A stretch of 64,000 nucleotides of DNA from an uncultured Burkholderiales bacterium (GTDB taxonomy: Bacteria > Actinomycetota > Acidimicrobiia > IMCC26256 > JAGPDB01), in the NCBI GenBank assembly GCA_964391505.1, contig CAYMMG010000002.1:38455-102454 (forward strand), written 5' to 3'. This document shows positions 27,514 through 36,762 of the stretch, piece by piece. Positions within the stretch are counted from its first letter, which is position 1. The number at the start of each line of letters is the position of its first letter. The notes under the pieces are model-generated. The model saw only the letters and a list, made by a program, of their open reading frames with translations, was not told the DNA's origin and did no database searches. The translations under genes and the position numbers were made by a program.

Positions 27514-28779
27514 ATGGATAACCGAGGTGACGTTAGTTGGCGAGCTGGGCAACAACACCTACTCTCTGACACAGAAAAATACTGGGATGTCACCGTTGCT
27601 GATCCTATAGGGGCCAGGGCCAATGCTCTCCGCCAGGAAATGTACCGTGAATGCTTAGAGGCTCGCGACACCACACTCCCACTGGAGAGACGTTCCAATG
27701 GCTCCTTTTTCGACACATTAAATATGCTTCCCGACACAACACTTATTGCTTTTCGCGCAATGGAATCGCTTGCTATTCCCAACAAACTTCTACCCCATAC
27801 TCGACAAGAACGCCTCGAGTTTTCCTTAGGAAGGATGACTCGGATGAAAGGTGCTGGCGATATCGGGAGTGCACTCACTCAAGGTTGGCATTCTTATAAA
27901 AAACTCTATACAACTTTCGAACCAAGCACTACTAACGGCTGGAAAGCGCCCTACCCGCGCAAAGACAAAATACGTGAAGAGCTTATGGCCGATTGGCTCA
28001 GAGTAGCCGTAAAACTATTTAATGATCCGACATCTTCTTTTCTTTCCGATCCTTCCTCAATTAAAAGAATTAATGGAATATGCGAGCTCGTTGCAGGATT
28101 GGGCGAGACTCGACAAGGTCTTCTCTTTAATCTTTTTGATGCAATCCCTGAACAGCTTCATACAGAAGCATTTCGCGCGTTGTACCCGCTTATCGCTCGC
28201 AACCCTCCTCTTAGTCCACCTCGAATTGCTGTTATTTCTGGTCTTGTCCATGGAGCACAAACATCAGAGGAGCTTATGAATGGACTAGCACTTGGTCTTC
28301 ACATTCCTGCCCCCATTGCCAACAAACTTCTCCAACAATTAACCATTAACAAACTACCCAGAGCTAAAAGAAATTCTTTAGGAAACGAAACATGGAAAGA
28401 AACAGTCGGAAAAGAGCTAGCGGGAGAAAATCGCATGATCTCTCTTGCGTTGATACCGGATATTTCCCAACGACACGATCTTTTTCATACCTTATCTAAA
28501 GCCGTACTTCTTGAAGACGCATTCAGTAAAGATGAAAAACCACAGATTGCATACAAAGTATCCCAACTGATCGAAGGTCTTTCAGAAGGTGCTCGTGGCG
28601 CAAAAGATCGAGGCGTGGCACCAGAAAAAGTTCAAAAAGTTCTCGACATGGTCGAACCATTAAACGAGCTAGAAAATGCCACACCGGCAACAATTCGGCA
28701 AGCTCTCACTACATGCAACCGTTCTGTCAGTGCAGCAATTCCTGACATTTCAGGAAAACGAGCAATAGGACCACGATAA
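27514..28779 (+). CDS. hypothetical protein (421 aa, orphan-like)
   Basis: Long clean ORF divergent from groEL. Helical-looking, no motif recognised, start uncertain. Confidence 0.5.
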   Translation: MDNRGDVSWRAGQQHLLSDTEKYWDVTVADPIGARANALRQEMYRECLEARDTTLPLERRSNGSFFDTLNMLPDTTLIAFRAMESLAIPNKLLPHTRQERLEFSLGRMTRMKGAGDIGSALTQGWHSYKKLYTTFEPSTTNGWKAPYPRKDKIREELMADWLRVAVKLFNDPTSSFLSDPSSIKRINGICELVAGLGETRQGLLFNLFDAIPEQLHTEAFRALYPLIARNPPLSPPRIAVISGLVHGAQTSEELMNGLALGLHIPAPIANKLLQQLTINKLPRAKRNSLGNETWKETVGKELAGENRMISLALIPDISQRHDLFHTLSKAVLLEDAFSKDEKPQIAYKVSQLIEGLSEGARGAKDRGVAPEKVQKVLDMVEPLNELENATPATIRQALTTCNRSVSAAIPDISGKRAIGPR

Positions 28780-29051
28780 AAATTCATGAAACCGTTACGC
28801 CGTGAAAGATATGGACAAACAATGACAGCAGAATTTTCAGCTGAGAACTTCCCTCAAATTACATATGAATACATAGAACCTGGCAAAAAAAATATATTCT
28901 TGATCACACAATTAAAACTCCACCTATACAAAAACTACAGAAAGCTTTGTTGGATTCATCCTCTCCAAAAAATCGGCCAAGTACCGCCGCTTCTCAACGG
29001 CAATCCGCTGGTTCAGACGGTGTTTCTCAGGTCGGAAGATCTGAGCGGAGC

Positions 29052-29471
29052 ATGTCACAACTAGTTCCTAGTGAAGTTGCACCTATTGGAGTCAACATCG
29101 TCCTTCGGAATCACGATGATTTTCTTCTCGATGAGGTTCAATTACTTTATGGAGCTCCAAGATCTGGAAACGTCACCATCGCTTTGCGATTTTACGACGA
29201 CGTTGAACAGCCGGAAATGATATTTGACCCATACGGAAAAAACGAACGCGTAATCTCTCCAGGCTCGCTGGTCTACGACATTCACCTCAGTCAAGCACAT
29301 GAATTTCTAGAAAAGTGTCAACAGAATCCTGAATACTTCATGAGAAAATCGTATAGAGGTGGCCTCGGAGCACGCCTCATCAACGCCACTCCTGAAGATA
29401 GCTATGGAACACTTGAACAAACAAAACATGCGGTCGTCACAATATCGAACCGACATTTCGGACTCTCATAA
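29052..29471 (+). CDS. hypothetical protein (139 aa; may extend upstream)
   Basis: Start taken at 'MSQLVPSEV' (GAGCGGAG upstream). The track ORF begins at TTG 28947 and overlaps ORF 28786..29064 in another frame. Confidence 0.45.
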   Translation: MSQLVPSEVAPIGVNIVLRNHDDFLLDEVQLLYGAPRSGNVTIALRFYDDVEQPEMIFDPYGKNERVISPGSLVYDIHLSQAHEFLEKCQQNPEYFMRKSYRGGLGARLINATPEDSYGTLEQTKHAVVTISNRHFGLS

Positions 29472-29515
29472 GGAAGCATTTCCTCACATCGACCAAATAC
29501 CAATAGACTGAGCGA

Positions 29516-30202
29516 ATGGCTGATCTACATGACTCCACGGAGCACTACCTCGCAACGATTTTTGAAATCGAAGAAGAGGGTATTGAAATTAAGCGTGCTC
29601 GTATTGCGGAACGATTGAATATTTCTGCTCCTTCAGTTACAGAGCATATCCACCGGATGGAAAAACTAGGTCTGGTAAGGGTTTCTGACAACAACTCGGT
29701 TTCGTTAACAAAGACAGGGAAAGCACAAGCAACGACCGTTGTACGCCGTCACCGTTTGGCTGAACGCCTCCTTGTCGATGTAATTGGGTTGGATTGGGAA
29801 AATGCACACAAAGAAGCCGACCGTTGGGAGCACGTCATTTCTGACGATGTCGAGAAGAAATTAATAAAGTTGCTCAATAATCCGACAACATGTCCTCACG
29901 GGAATCCCATCCCCAATTCGGATGGTTCACAAAATGCAGAAGCAAAGGAAACCCAAAAAAATACAGTTGCACTCAACGATGCAGAAGAAGCTTGTCCTCT
30001 TACCATTCGACGTATTGGTGAACGCATTGAAATGAATGATGAAGCTCTACATTTTGTTGCGTCGAATAATCTGACACCTGGAGCACAAATCAGCATTACG
30101 GGGAAGACACAAGAAAACGTGATTGTTTCTCTCGAAGGAATAGCAGAGTTAAAGATCCCTCGAACGATTAGCCAATCGATGTACGTAGAGGCAACGAAGT
30201 AA
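29516..30202 (+). CDS. DtxR-family metal-dependent repressor (IdeR/MntR-like)
   Basis: 'TEHYLATIFEIEEEG...RIAERLNISAPSVTEHIHRMEKLGLV', 'RRHRLAERLL', 'CPHGNPIP', C-terminal SH3-like part. Confidence 0.85.
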   Translation: MADLHDSTEHYLATIFEIEEEGIEIKRARIAERLNISAPSVTEHIHRMEKLGLVRVSDNNSVSLTKTGKAQATTVVRRHRLAERLLVDVIGLDWENAHKEADRWEHVISDDVEKKLIKLLNNPTTCPHGNPIPNSDGSQNAEAKETQKNTVALNDAEEACPLTIRRIGERIEMNDEALHFVASNNLTPGAQISITGKTQENVIVSLEGIAELKIPRTISQSMYVEATK

Positions 30203-30208
30203 TCTGCC

Positions 30209-31279
30209 CTATTTACGATTCACCGATGTCGAACTGCGAACTGTAAGTTGAGAAACGGCTGAGAAGGCAGTGATATTCGTAGAAGAAGTAGGAGATCCGT
30301 TGACGTCAACCCTGCCCGTATATGCAGCGCCGATCGTGATGGAAAACTTTCCCTTTTTTCTAAACTTTATTTTAACGTCTGCGCTTTTCTTGCTACCGTT
30401 TTGCTTGAATTTAATATTCTTTGTATTAAAATACACCGGAGATTTCTTGTGGGTCCCCGATATACACCCTTCAAAAGTTCCTTCAACACGCTTGTCATCA
30501 TCGCAAACCAAAATAACAATATCGTCTAATTCGAAATGAAGGTCTATTCCGTTTTCGATCAAAGTTCGTTCTTCAATTTCAACATTAACCGTCGCTTTTT
30601 TCATACCAACCAAACCCTTGACGCCGGGTTTAAAAGTAAGATCAGGTTTGGCTGCTTTTAGTATCGCCTGTGCATTGCCTCCGCCGAGAAGAGGTAGACA
30701 TACCGGTGCATCTCGATAGTCGGGGCTAATCCATGGATTAGAGTGCGTTGGCCCCTGACTGGAATGTTGTGATGGACGAGTAGCACCGGTGTCTGCATTG
30801 AAATCAATTGCAGTACCGTTAGGTCCACCCGTTTGGAGAACATTTGGTTGTATTCCGCCAACAACCGATTGATCTGCAACAAGGTTCAATGGTGCGCCTG
30901 TTGTGAACCTCGAGATTGCCACGCGATAATGAATATAGAACGGTCCATCCAATTTTGGAGGAAGATTTAGTACTCCTTTTAAACTTGAGGTAACAACTTC
31001 ACATTTGATGAAAGCGGGGTCGGGAGCAAAGCCATCGTAACGAACTGCAGCATACGATGAACGATCATTCACACTTCCGTTAAAACCACCAGGAGAATGT
31101 GGGCCTGTGTAAGGAGGGGGGAGATATACACCAGCGCCGCCTTGATAGCCGCCACAAATACTGTCAGCGCCACAATTCACAGCTCTGGGTGTTGCAGAAA
31201 CGGCTGTAAAAGAAACTAGAGACAAGGTAACGATCATCAAAACACTCACGGAGAGAATGCGTAAAAAGCGATGTGACAT
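30209..31279 (-). CDS. secreted protein of unknown function (356 aa)
   Basis: Signal peptide 'LRILSVSVLMIVTLSLVSFTAVSA'. Gly/Pro-rich N-terminal part, Lys-rich beta-looking C-terminus. Confidence 0.55.
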   Translation of the reverse strand: MSHRFLRILSVSVLMIVTLSLVSFTAVSATPRAVNCGADSICGGYQGGAGVYLPPPYTGPHSPGGFNGSVNDRSSYAAVRYDGFAPDPAFIKCEVVTSSLKGVLNLPPKLDGPFYIHYRVAISRFTTGAPLNLVADQSVVGGIQPNVLQTGGPNGTAIDFNADTGATRPSQHSSQGPTHSNPWISPDYRDAPVCLPLLGGGNAQAILKAAKPDLTFKPGVKGLVGMKKATVNVEIEERTLIENGIDLHFELDDIVILVCDDDKRVEGTFEGCISGTHKKSPVYFNTKNIKFKQNGSKKSADVKIKFRKKGKFSITIGAAYTGRVDVNGSPTSSTNITAFSAVSQLTVRSSTSVNRK

Positions 31280-31536
31280 ATTATTCCTTAGGGCTTAAGT
31301 CTGGGGAGACCTGTTATACGTATCAGGATGTGAAATGATTATGCAATCACATTCGATACGTATAGGTAAAACCATTAAATCATAGAAAGCCTGTCTTGAG
31401 AAGGCTCGGAAAGACAAAAATCGCCTATTATTACTACTTATTCGCCTCAATACGTTAAAGATACGATGCGTAAAACGCACATCGCGAATGAAGCGAATAA
31501 CGCGAAGCAACATCAACTCACTCGCAAGGTCATCCC

Positions 31537-32367
31537 ATGAATAAGCCAACAGTGTATATCGACCTTGACGGCACTTTATTAGGCAACAACGCATCGTTGT
31601 TGCATGACCATTCAGGTAACCGAAGCACAGTGGGAATCGATGCAATTTTTCGTGCGGAAAAAGCCGGAGCTGATTTAGTTATTGCAACAGGACGTGATCG
31701 GTATCGGGCCTCAGAGTTCTGTCGATCGGCAGGAATTGCTCGTTATATCGCTGAAATGGGTTGTGTTCTCCACACCACCGGTGACGACATTGTGGAATAC
31801 GGAAGAGATGCACACGAATTCATTGAAGAAAGTGCTTTAAGTGAAGCCGAGTTTCTTGGCTGTGTCGCCGATGCAGCACACATGCTTATCAATCATTTTG
31901 CCGAATGTCTCGAACTTCACACACCGTACAATCGCGATCGTTTCGCTTCACTCTTGCTACGCGGAAATGTTTCTGTTGATAAATCCAACGACCTTCTCTC
32001 GTCAGGCGGGTGGCCATTCCTTGAACTCATTCCTAACGGGCATGGGATGTTCCGACGGACTATGCCTGGACTCGACAATGTTCTCATCTATCACCTTACC
32101 CCCAAGGGTGTCACAAAAGGTTTTGGGATTTTGCGTGATCAAGATCTACGCAACCTAAATCGTGATGATTGTTTTATGATCGGAGATGGTATGTCGGACG
32201 CTCAGTGTTACGACGTTGTCAACACTGTGTACATTCCTTCTAACGGCGTGGCGAGCGATCCTGATGTAGAGCCATATATAAAAGACAAGAACAATATTGT
32301 CGTTCTTAAGGATTCACATAATGAAGGTTTTGCATCTGCAATCGATGCGATCCTTAAAAAGTACTAG
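31537..32367 (+). CDS. HAD-superfamily hydrolase (Cof/IIB-like)
   Basis: Motif I 'VYIDLDGTLLG', motif IV 'GDGMSD'. Confidence 0.75.
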   Translation: MNKPTVYIDLDGTLLGNNASLLHDHSGNRSTVGIDAIFRAEKAGADLVIATGRDRYRASEFCRSAGIARYIAEMGCVLHTTGDDIVEYGRDAHEFIEESALSEAEFLGCVADAAHMLINHFAECLELHTPYNRDRFASLLLRGNVSVDKSNDLLSSGGWPFLELIPNGHGMFRRTMPGLDNVLIYHLTPKGVTKGFGILRDQDLRNLNRDDCFMIGDGMSDAQCYDVVNTVYIPSNGVASDPDVEPYIKDKNNIVVLKDSHNEGFASAIDAILKKY

Positions 32368-32376
32368 CGACGTGGC

Positions 32377-32982
32377 TTAAGGGTTACCGACGACGACCAC
32401 AATGTTGGCTGTAACGAGATCTTGTTGATCCCATGCTGTAGGCGCGCTCGCTGGAAATTGCAGTGTCTTTACTGTTTGCGAAATTTTCAAATTTGAGAGA
32501 AGGCCCGGAACAATGTTGGTTGCCAATTGTTTGGCATCATTTTCAAAACCTGACTTATAGTAAATAATGGTGCCTTTATCTTTAGACGTGTCGTTGCCAG
32601 CTACCAAAGTTTTGTAACTTAAATTTTTGATCTCTGTCGTCACCGTTCCAGCAACTCCCGCGATACTGCTGCCATTGAGAACAAGCACGGATACGTCGGC
32701 GGGTTTTGCAGTATTAGAAACCGGCTTTGTTGTCGACGTTGTTGAAGTAGCAGTATTTTCTGCAGTTGTATCTGTTGCAGAAGAAGCCGTTGACTCGCTC
32801 GACGACTGCGTTTTAGTAGATGTCGTCCCATTGGAATCAACAATCACGATAAGAAGAAATCCCATAAGAATTGCAATAGCAACAATTCCCAATGCTCGCG
32901 TTGAAGCTGACGCGGCAAAAGATTGAGGCCCCAAAGGACCCTCGTGTGAATTACGCGGTCCGCGTGGTGTTGACGTTGGCAT
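32377..32982 (-). CDS. LytR_C-domain membrane protein
   Basis: N-terminal TM, Ser/Thr-rich linker, 'VLVLNGSSIAGVAGTVT...IIYYKSGF'. Confidence 0.7.
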   Translation of the reverse strand: MPTSTPRGPRNSHEGPLGPQSFAASASTRALGIVAIAILMGFLLIVIVDSNGTTSTKTQSSSESTASSATDTTAENTATSTTSTTKPVSNTAKPADVSVLVLNGSSIAGVAGTVTTEIKNLSYKTLVAGNDTSKDKGTIIYYKSGFENDAKQLATNIVPGLLSNLKISQTVKTLQFPASAPTAWDQQDLVTANIVVVVGNP

Positions 32983-33013
32983 GATTCCCCCTCACATACC
33001 CCAGGCTACACGG

Positions 33014-33089
33014 TGGAGCCGGATGTCGGAATCGAACCGACGACAACCTGTTTACAAGACAGGTGCTCTACCGACTGAGCTAATCCGGC
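33014..33089 (-). tRNA. tRNA-Thr (anticodon TGT), CCA encoded
   Basis: Reverse complement is GCCGGATTAGCTCAGTCGGTAGAGCACCTGTCTTGTAAACAGGTTGTCGTCGGTTCGATTCCGACATCCGGCTCCA. Folds into a cloverleaf by hand. Confidence 0.9.
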
Positions 33090-33100
33090 GTGGCGGTTTA

Positions 33101-34030
33101 TTATAATCGCAGATGACTCACATGAAGCAACGTTACGGCTGCTGCAGCAGAAACATTGAGAGATTCGACTTTTCCCTGTTGAGGAATCCGCAAAAGACCA
33201 TCACATCTCTTGCGCACCAGTTGACTCAGCCCTTTGCCTTCCGACCCCATCACAATGATGATTGGCCCATCTGCCGTTTTAAGGTCGTAGAGGGATTGGT
33301 CGGCCTCTCCTGCCATTCCGTATACAGTGACGCCCGCTTTTTGAGCACGTTGAAGGAAGGTTGGAATACCAGGTACAAGACCAAATTCCATAAATTCAAC
33401 CGCTCCTGCAGCTGACTTTGTAGCCGAAGGAGATAAGTGGCCACTTCTGTGTTTCGGCAGAATAACGCCTGTTGCTCCGGCAACTTCCGCACTACGCACA
33501 ATGGCGCCAATATTGCGAGGGTCCGTCACTCCATCGAGAGCGACGAGAAATGCATTCGGATCCATCAGCAGATCATCAATGTCTTTGGGTTTCTTTTCTG
33601 CGCAATAAGCGATGACCCCCTGAGCAGCCTCTGTGCGGGCACGTCCCATAAATTGCTCACGCGAAAGTTTCGTTACGCGAACATGTTTGCGTTCGGCGTT
33701 ATAAAGCAATTTTGTCATTTCCGGAGTGTCTGCGACTTCACGGTCAACAAAAAGTTGGGTAATGCGTCGCTTTCCATGTTCAATCAAAGTATCGACGGCA
33801 TGAAAACCTTCCACATGTTCCCCGCCGAGCCCGTACTGCAAAGTTGCATTGCGCAATTGGTGACCCGTTGCACGCGGAGCAACTTCCGTTTTCGTGCGCC
33901 CCGGTTTTACACCTGCAGCCTTTTCCCTGACCGATGCACGGCCCGTCTCACGTTTATTTTGAGCTTTGATTTTTGAATGCGCTTTTTTATTATTGTTGCG
34001 AATTACTTTGTCTTCGTTTCTGCGTGCCAT
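33101..34030 (-). CDS. rlmB: SpoU/TrmH-family 23S rRNA 2'-O-methyltransferase (RlmB-like) with basic N-terminal extension
   Basis: 'IVMGSEGKGLSQLVRKRCDGLLRIPQQGKVESLNVSAAAAV'. Sits after cysS, as in mycobacteria. Confidence 0.75.
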   Translation of the reverse strand: MARRNEDKVIRNNNKKAHSKIKAQNKRETGRASVREKAAGVKPGRTKTEVAPRATGHQLRNATLQYGLGGEHVEGFHAVDTLIEHGKRRITQLFVDREVADTPEMTKLLYNAERKHVRVTKLSREQFMGRARTEAAQGVIAYCAEKKPKDIDDLLMDPNAFLVALDGVTDPRNIGAIVRSAEVAGATGVILPKHRSGHLSPSATKSAAGAVEFMEFGLVPGIPTFLQRAQKAGVTVYGMAGEADQSLYDLKTADGPIIIVMGSEGKGLSQLVRKRCDGLLRIPQQGKVESLNVSAAAAVTLLHVSHLRL

Positions 34031-34051
34031 TTTATCGATTCAACTTCCTAT

Positions 34052-34113
34052 GTCATCCTGAGGGCTTCATTCATTGTCATCCTGAACGAAGTGAAGGATC
34101 TCCGCGCAGCGGG
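34052..34113 (+). repeat. GTCATCCTGAG...GAAGGATCTC dispersed repeat
   Basis: 'GTCATCCTGAGGGCTTCATTCATTGTCATCCTGAACGAAGTGAAGGATCTCCGCGCAGCGGG' in the cysS-rlmB spacer. Confidence 0.7.
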
Positions 34114-34118
34114 ATTCA

Positions 34119-35525
34119 TCATTCGACGTGCCATGTTGTTCCGTCTTTCGTGTCTTCGATGACAACTCCCACCTTTTTGAGTGCATCTCGTATTGAATCA
34201 CTTTGTGCAAAATCTTTAGATGATCGGGCTTGTTCGCGAAGCGCTAGCTGTTCTTCAACCCATACAGCATCCACACTCGATTGTTTTTTCGGCGCTTCTA
34301 GATCGATTCCTAAAACTTCGGCAAGCTCCACAATCGTTGCATACAAGCTCGCAACGCGATCAAAGTCTTCAATGTCCATTGCCGTGTTGGCTTCACGCAA
34401 CGCTTCGAAAAGAATGGCGAGAGCTTGGGGAGAACCAAAATCATTCGCCATCAATTGAATAAAACGCTTTTGTATTTCATCGTCAATCTGTGCTTCGTTC
34501 GCAGCAATACCGAGCTGAGAACAGCGCCGAGCGAAGGTGTCCAGTCGATCAAGTGCTGACTTTGCAGCAGCCAAAGAATCATCACTGATCTCCATTTGCG
34601 CACGATAATGCGTTTGGATCATAAATAATCGAAGCGCTCGCGGCCCATGTTGAGAAATTGCATCCGACAAAGTAATGAAGTTGCCGAGTGACTTGCTCAT
34701 TTTTTCGCCAGAAATATTGAGCATGGCAGAATGAATCCAATAACGAGCAAAGGTATCGCCGGCCCCCACACTTTGCGCAATCTCATTTTCGTGATGAGGA
34801 AAGACAAGGTCACTTCCTCCACCATGAATATCAAAATCTTGACCAAGGATCCCAACACACATTGCTGAACACTCGATATGCCAGCCCGGACGGCCTTTCC
34901 CCCATGGAGATTCCCAAAATGGTTCATCGGGTTTTGCGTACTTCCACAGGGCAAAATCGAGTGGAGATTGCTTCTCGTCGTCTACGTCTACACGCGCACC
35001 AGCAGACTCAAGAAGTTCGTCAAGCGTTCGGCCTGAAAGTTCGCCGTATTGTTTATAATCGGGTACAGAGAAATATACGCCGGTCGAAGTTTTATATGCC
35101 ACACCCTTATCAATCAAACGCGTAATGAGCTCTTGCATCTCGGGAACGTACTCAGTGGCATGCGGAACATGGTCGGGCCTTTCAATGCCTAAGGAATCAA
35201 GTTGGTCACGATAGCTTTTCTCATAGCGCGTCGTAATCTCAGTTTCCGAAACACCTTCTTCGTGCGCGCGTCGAATAATTTTGTCTTCAATATCAGTAAT
35301 GTTGCTCGCTAGCGTTACGTCAAAGCCGACATAACGCAGAAAACGTCGAATCATGTCGTAAGTAAAAGCAGTTCGGCCATGCCCTAAGTGGGGATGATCA
35401 TAAACAGTAGGTCCACAGGCATAGATTGAAACCTTGCCCTCATCACGAGTTTCAAGTTCTAGCGTGTCTCGTCGTCGAGTATCAAAAAAACGGATCGCAA
35501 TGTCAGAAAAGCGCGGAGTAGACAT
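34119..35525 (-). CDS. cysS: cysteine--tRNA ligase
   Basis: 'CGPTVYDHPHLGHGR' (HIGH) and 'KMSKSLGN'. Confidence 0.95.
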   Translation of the reverse strand: MSTPRFSDIAIRFFDTRRRDTLELETRDEGKVSIYACGPTVYDHPHLGHGRTAFTYDMIRRFLRYVGFDVTLASNITDIEDKIIRRAHEEGVSETEITTRYEKSYRDQLDSLGIERPDHVPHATEYVPEMQELITRLIDKGVAYKTSTGVYFSVPDYKQYGELSGRTLDELLESAGARVDVDDEKQSPLDFALWKYAKPDEPFWESPWGKGRPGWHIECSAMCVGILGQDFDIHGGGSDLVFPHHENEIAQSVGAGDTFARYWIHSAMLNISGEKMSKSLGNFITLSDAISQHGPRALRLFMIQTHYRAQMEISDDSLAAAKSALDRLDTFARRCSQLGIAANEAQIDDEIQKRFIQLMANDFGSPQALAILFEALREANTAMDIEDFDRVASLYATIVELAEVLGIDLEAPKKQSSVDAVWVEEQLALREQARSSKDFAQSDSIRDALKKVGVVIEDTKDGTTWHVE

Positions 35526-35536
35526 AGAAAGAGAGT

Positions 35537-36676
35537 TTAGTGGCCGGCAGGAATAAGCAACGCGGTCGCATAGACAGCGATTGCCTCTCCACGCCCTATG
35601 GCTTCAATGCCTTCACCGTGCTTAGGCGTGATCGAAAGGATTGTCTCCGGTGTAGAAATCGAGGAAAGGACCTCTGCGAGCTTTTTCTTCATATCGTCAA
35701 GATAGCTTGCCAGCTTGGGTGCCTGCGCATTAATAATCACCGAAGCATTCCCCAGAATATATCCTTCGTTGTGAACTCGAATGACTGCCTTGGCAAGAAA
35801 TTCTATTGATGATGCGTCTTTAAGTTCAGGATCGCTAGCAGGGAAAAGTGTTCCTAAATCGGGCGCACCAATCGCCGACAACAACGCATCTATGAGTGCA
35901 TGAGACACTGCATCGGAGTCGCTGTGACCTTCTAAACCAATATGGTCAATCGATACTCCACCCAAAATAAGTTTTTTGTTTGTATCAGTCCCAAAAGGAT
36001 GGATGTCATAACCTGAACCAATTCGAGGATGCATGGGCGATGAAGATCTCAAGCTTTGACGCAACATTTCCAGATCACGCGGTGTTGTGACCTTGATGTT
36101 TGATTCGGAACCTTCAAAGAGCGTGACATCGCGGCCCAAGCGTTCGACAAGCGCTGCGTCATCTGTTTCTTCCGCTTCGCTGATGTGCGCTTCTCGGAGA
36201 ACAGAAGCGTTGAATATTTGCGGAGTCTGAACGGCACGAAGTTTTGTTCGATCGATTGTCGCATCGATCTGTTGGTTGTCATTTATTTGTTTAATGGTGT
36301 CAACAATCTTGATTGCAGGAATAGCACCGAGGGCACCCTGCTCAATGAGAAGTTTTCCTTGCTCGTAAAGCTCGACCGTTGCGCACGGACGCGCAGCGTC
36401 ATGAACAGCAATGATATCTACGTCTGAGGGAACTGCTGCTAAACCATTTTTTACCGATTGAGAACGAGTGGAGCCACCGCCAACCACGGCATAGACACCG
36501 TCGTGTGAAAAAGATTTTGGATCGGTAACAACAATGACGCCATCACTTGCGAGCAGTGCAACACGGACACTGCGTTCAAGAACCGTCTCGTCTCCCAGAG
36601 TTTCCGAAAGTTTGTTCGATCCAAATCTTTGGGATGTACCTGACGCGACAACGATTGTAAACATGCGCGCTGTCAT
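35537..36676 (-). CDS. ispDF: bifunctional IspD/IspF (MEP cytidylyltransferase / MEcPP synthase)
   Basis: N-terminal half 'VVASGTSQRFGSNKL'. C-terminal half 'RIGSGYDIHPF...GLEGHSDSDAVSHALIDALL'. Confidence 0.9.
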   Translation of the reverse strand: MTARMFTIVVASGTSQRFGSNKLSETLGDETVLERSVRVALLASDGVIVVTDPKSFSHDGVYAVVGGGSTRSQSVKNGLAAVPSDVDIIAVHDAARPCATVELYEQGKLLIEQGALGAIPAIKIVDTIKQINDNQQIDATIDRTKLRAVQTPQIFNASVLREAHISEAEETDDAALVERLGRDVTLFEGSESNIKVTTPRDLEMLRQSLRSSSPMHPRIGSGYDIHPFGTDTNKKLILGGVSIDHIGLEGHSDSDAVSHALIDALLSAIGAPDLGTLFPASDPELKDASSIEFLAKAVIRVHNEGYILGNASVIINAQAPKLASYLDDMKKKLAEVLSSISTPETILSITPKHGEGIEAIGRGEAIAVYATALLIPAGH

Positions 36677-36735
36677 CGTTACCCTTTTCGTTTATCCTTT
36701 AGCGATTACTCATATCAATCTCGTACATCCGTACG

Positions 36736-36762
36736 GAGATCCTTCGCAAGCTCAGAAATGAC
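36736..36762 (-). repeat. GTCATCCTGAG...GAAGGATCTC dispersed repeat (short copy)
   Basis: 'GAGATCCTTCGCAAGCTCAGAAATGAC' in the carD-ispDF spacer. Confidence 0.6.

Noticed and set aside
31287-31305. TTAGGGCTTAAGTCT as an IdeR/DtxR iron box next to the DtxR-family gene
   Set aside because: Only the first five positions match the TTAGGTTAGGCTAACCTAA consensus, and there is no dyad symmetry.
31295-31645. 116-aa minus-strand ORF in the secreted-protein/HAD promoter region
   Set aside because: It overlaps the HAD gene start (DxDGT motif on the + strand) and otherwise covers AT-rich promoter DNA. No features support it.
33973-34458. 161-aa + strand ORF containing 'CHPERSEGSPRSG'
   Set aside because: It is a read-through of the GTCATCCTGA...GAAGGATCTC repeat and of the antisense strand of cysS. 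This is the classic mis-translation of this repeat family.
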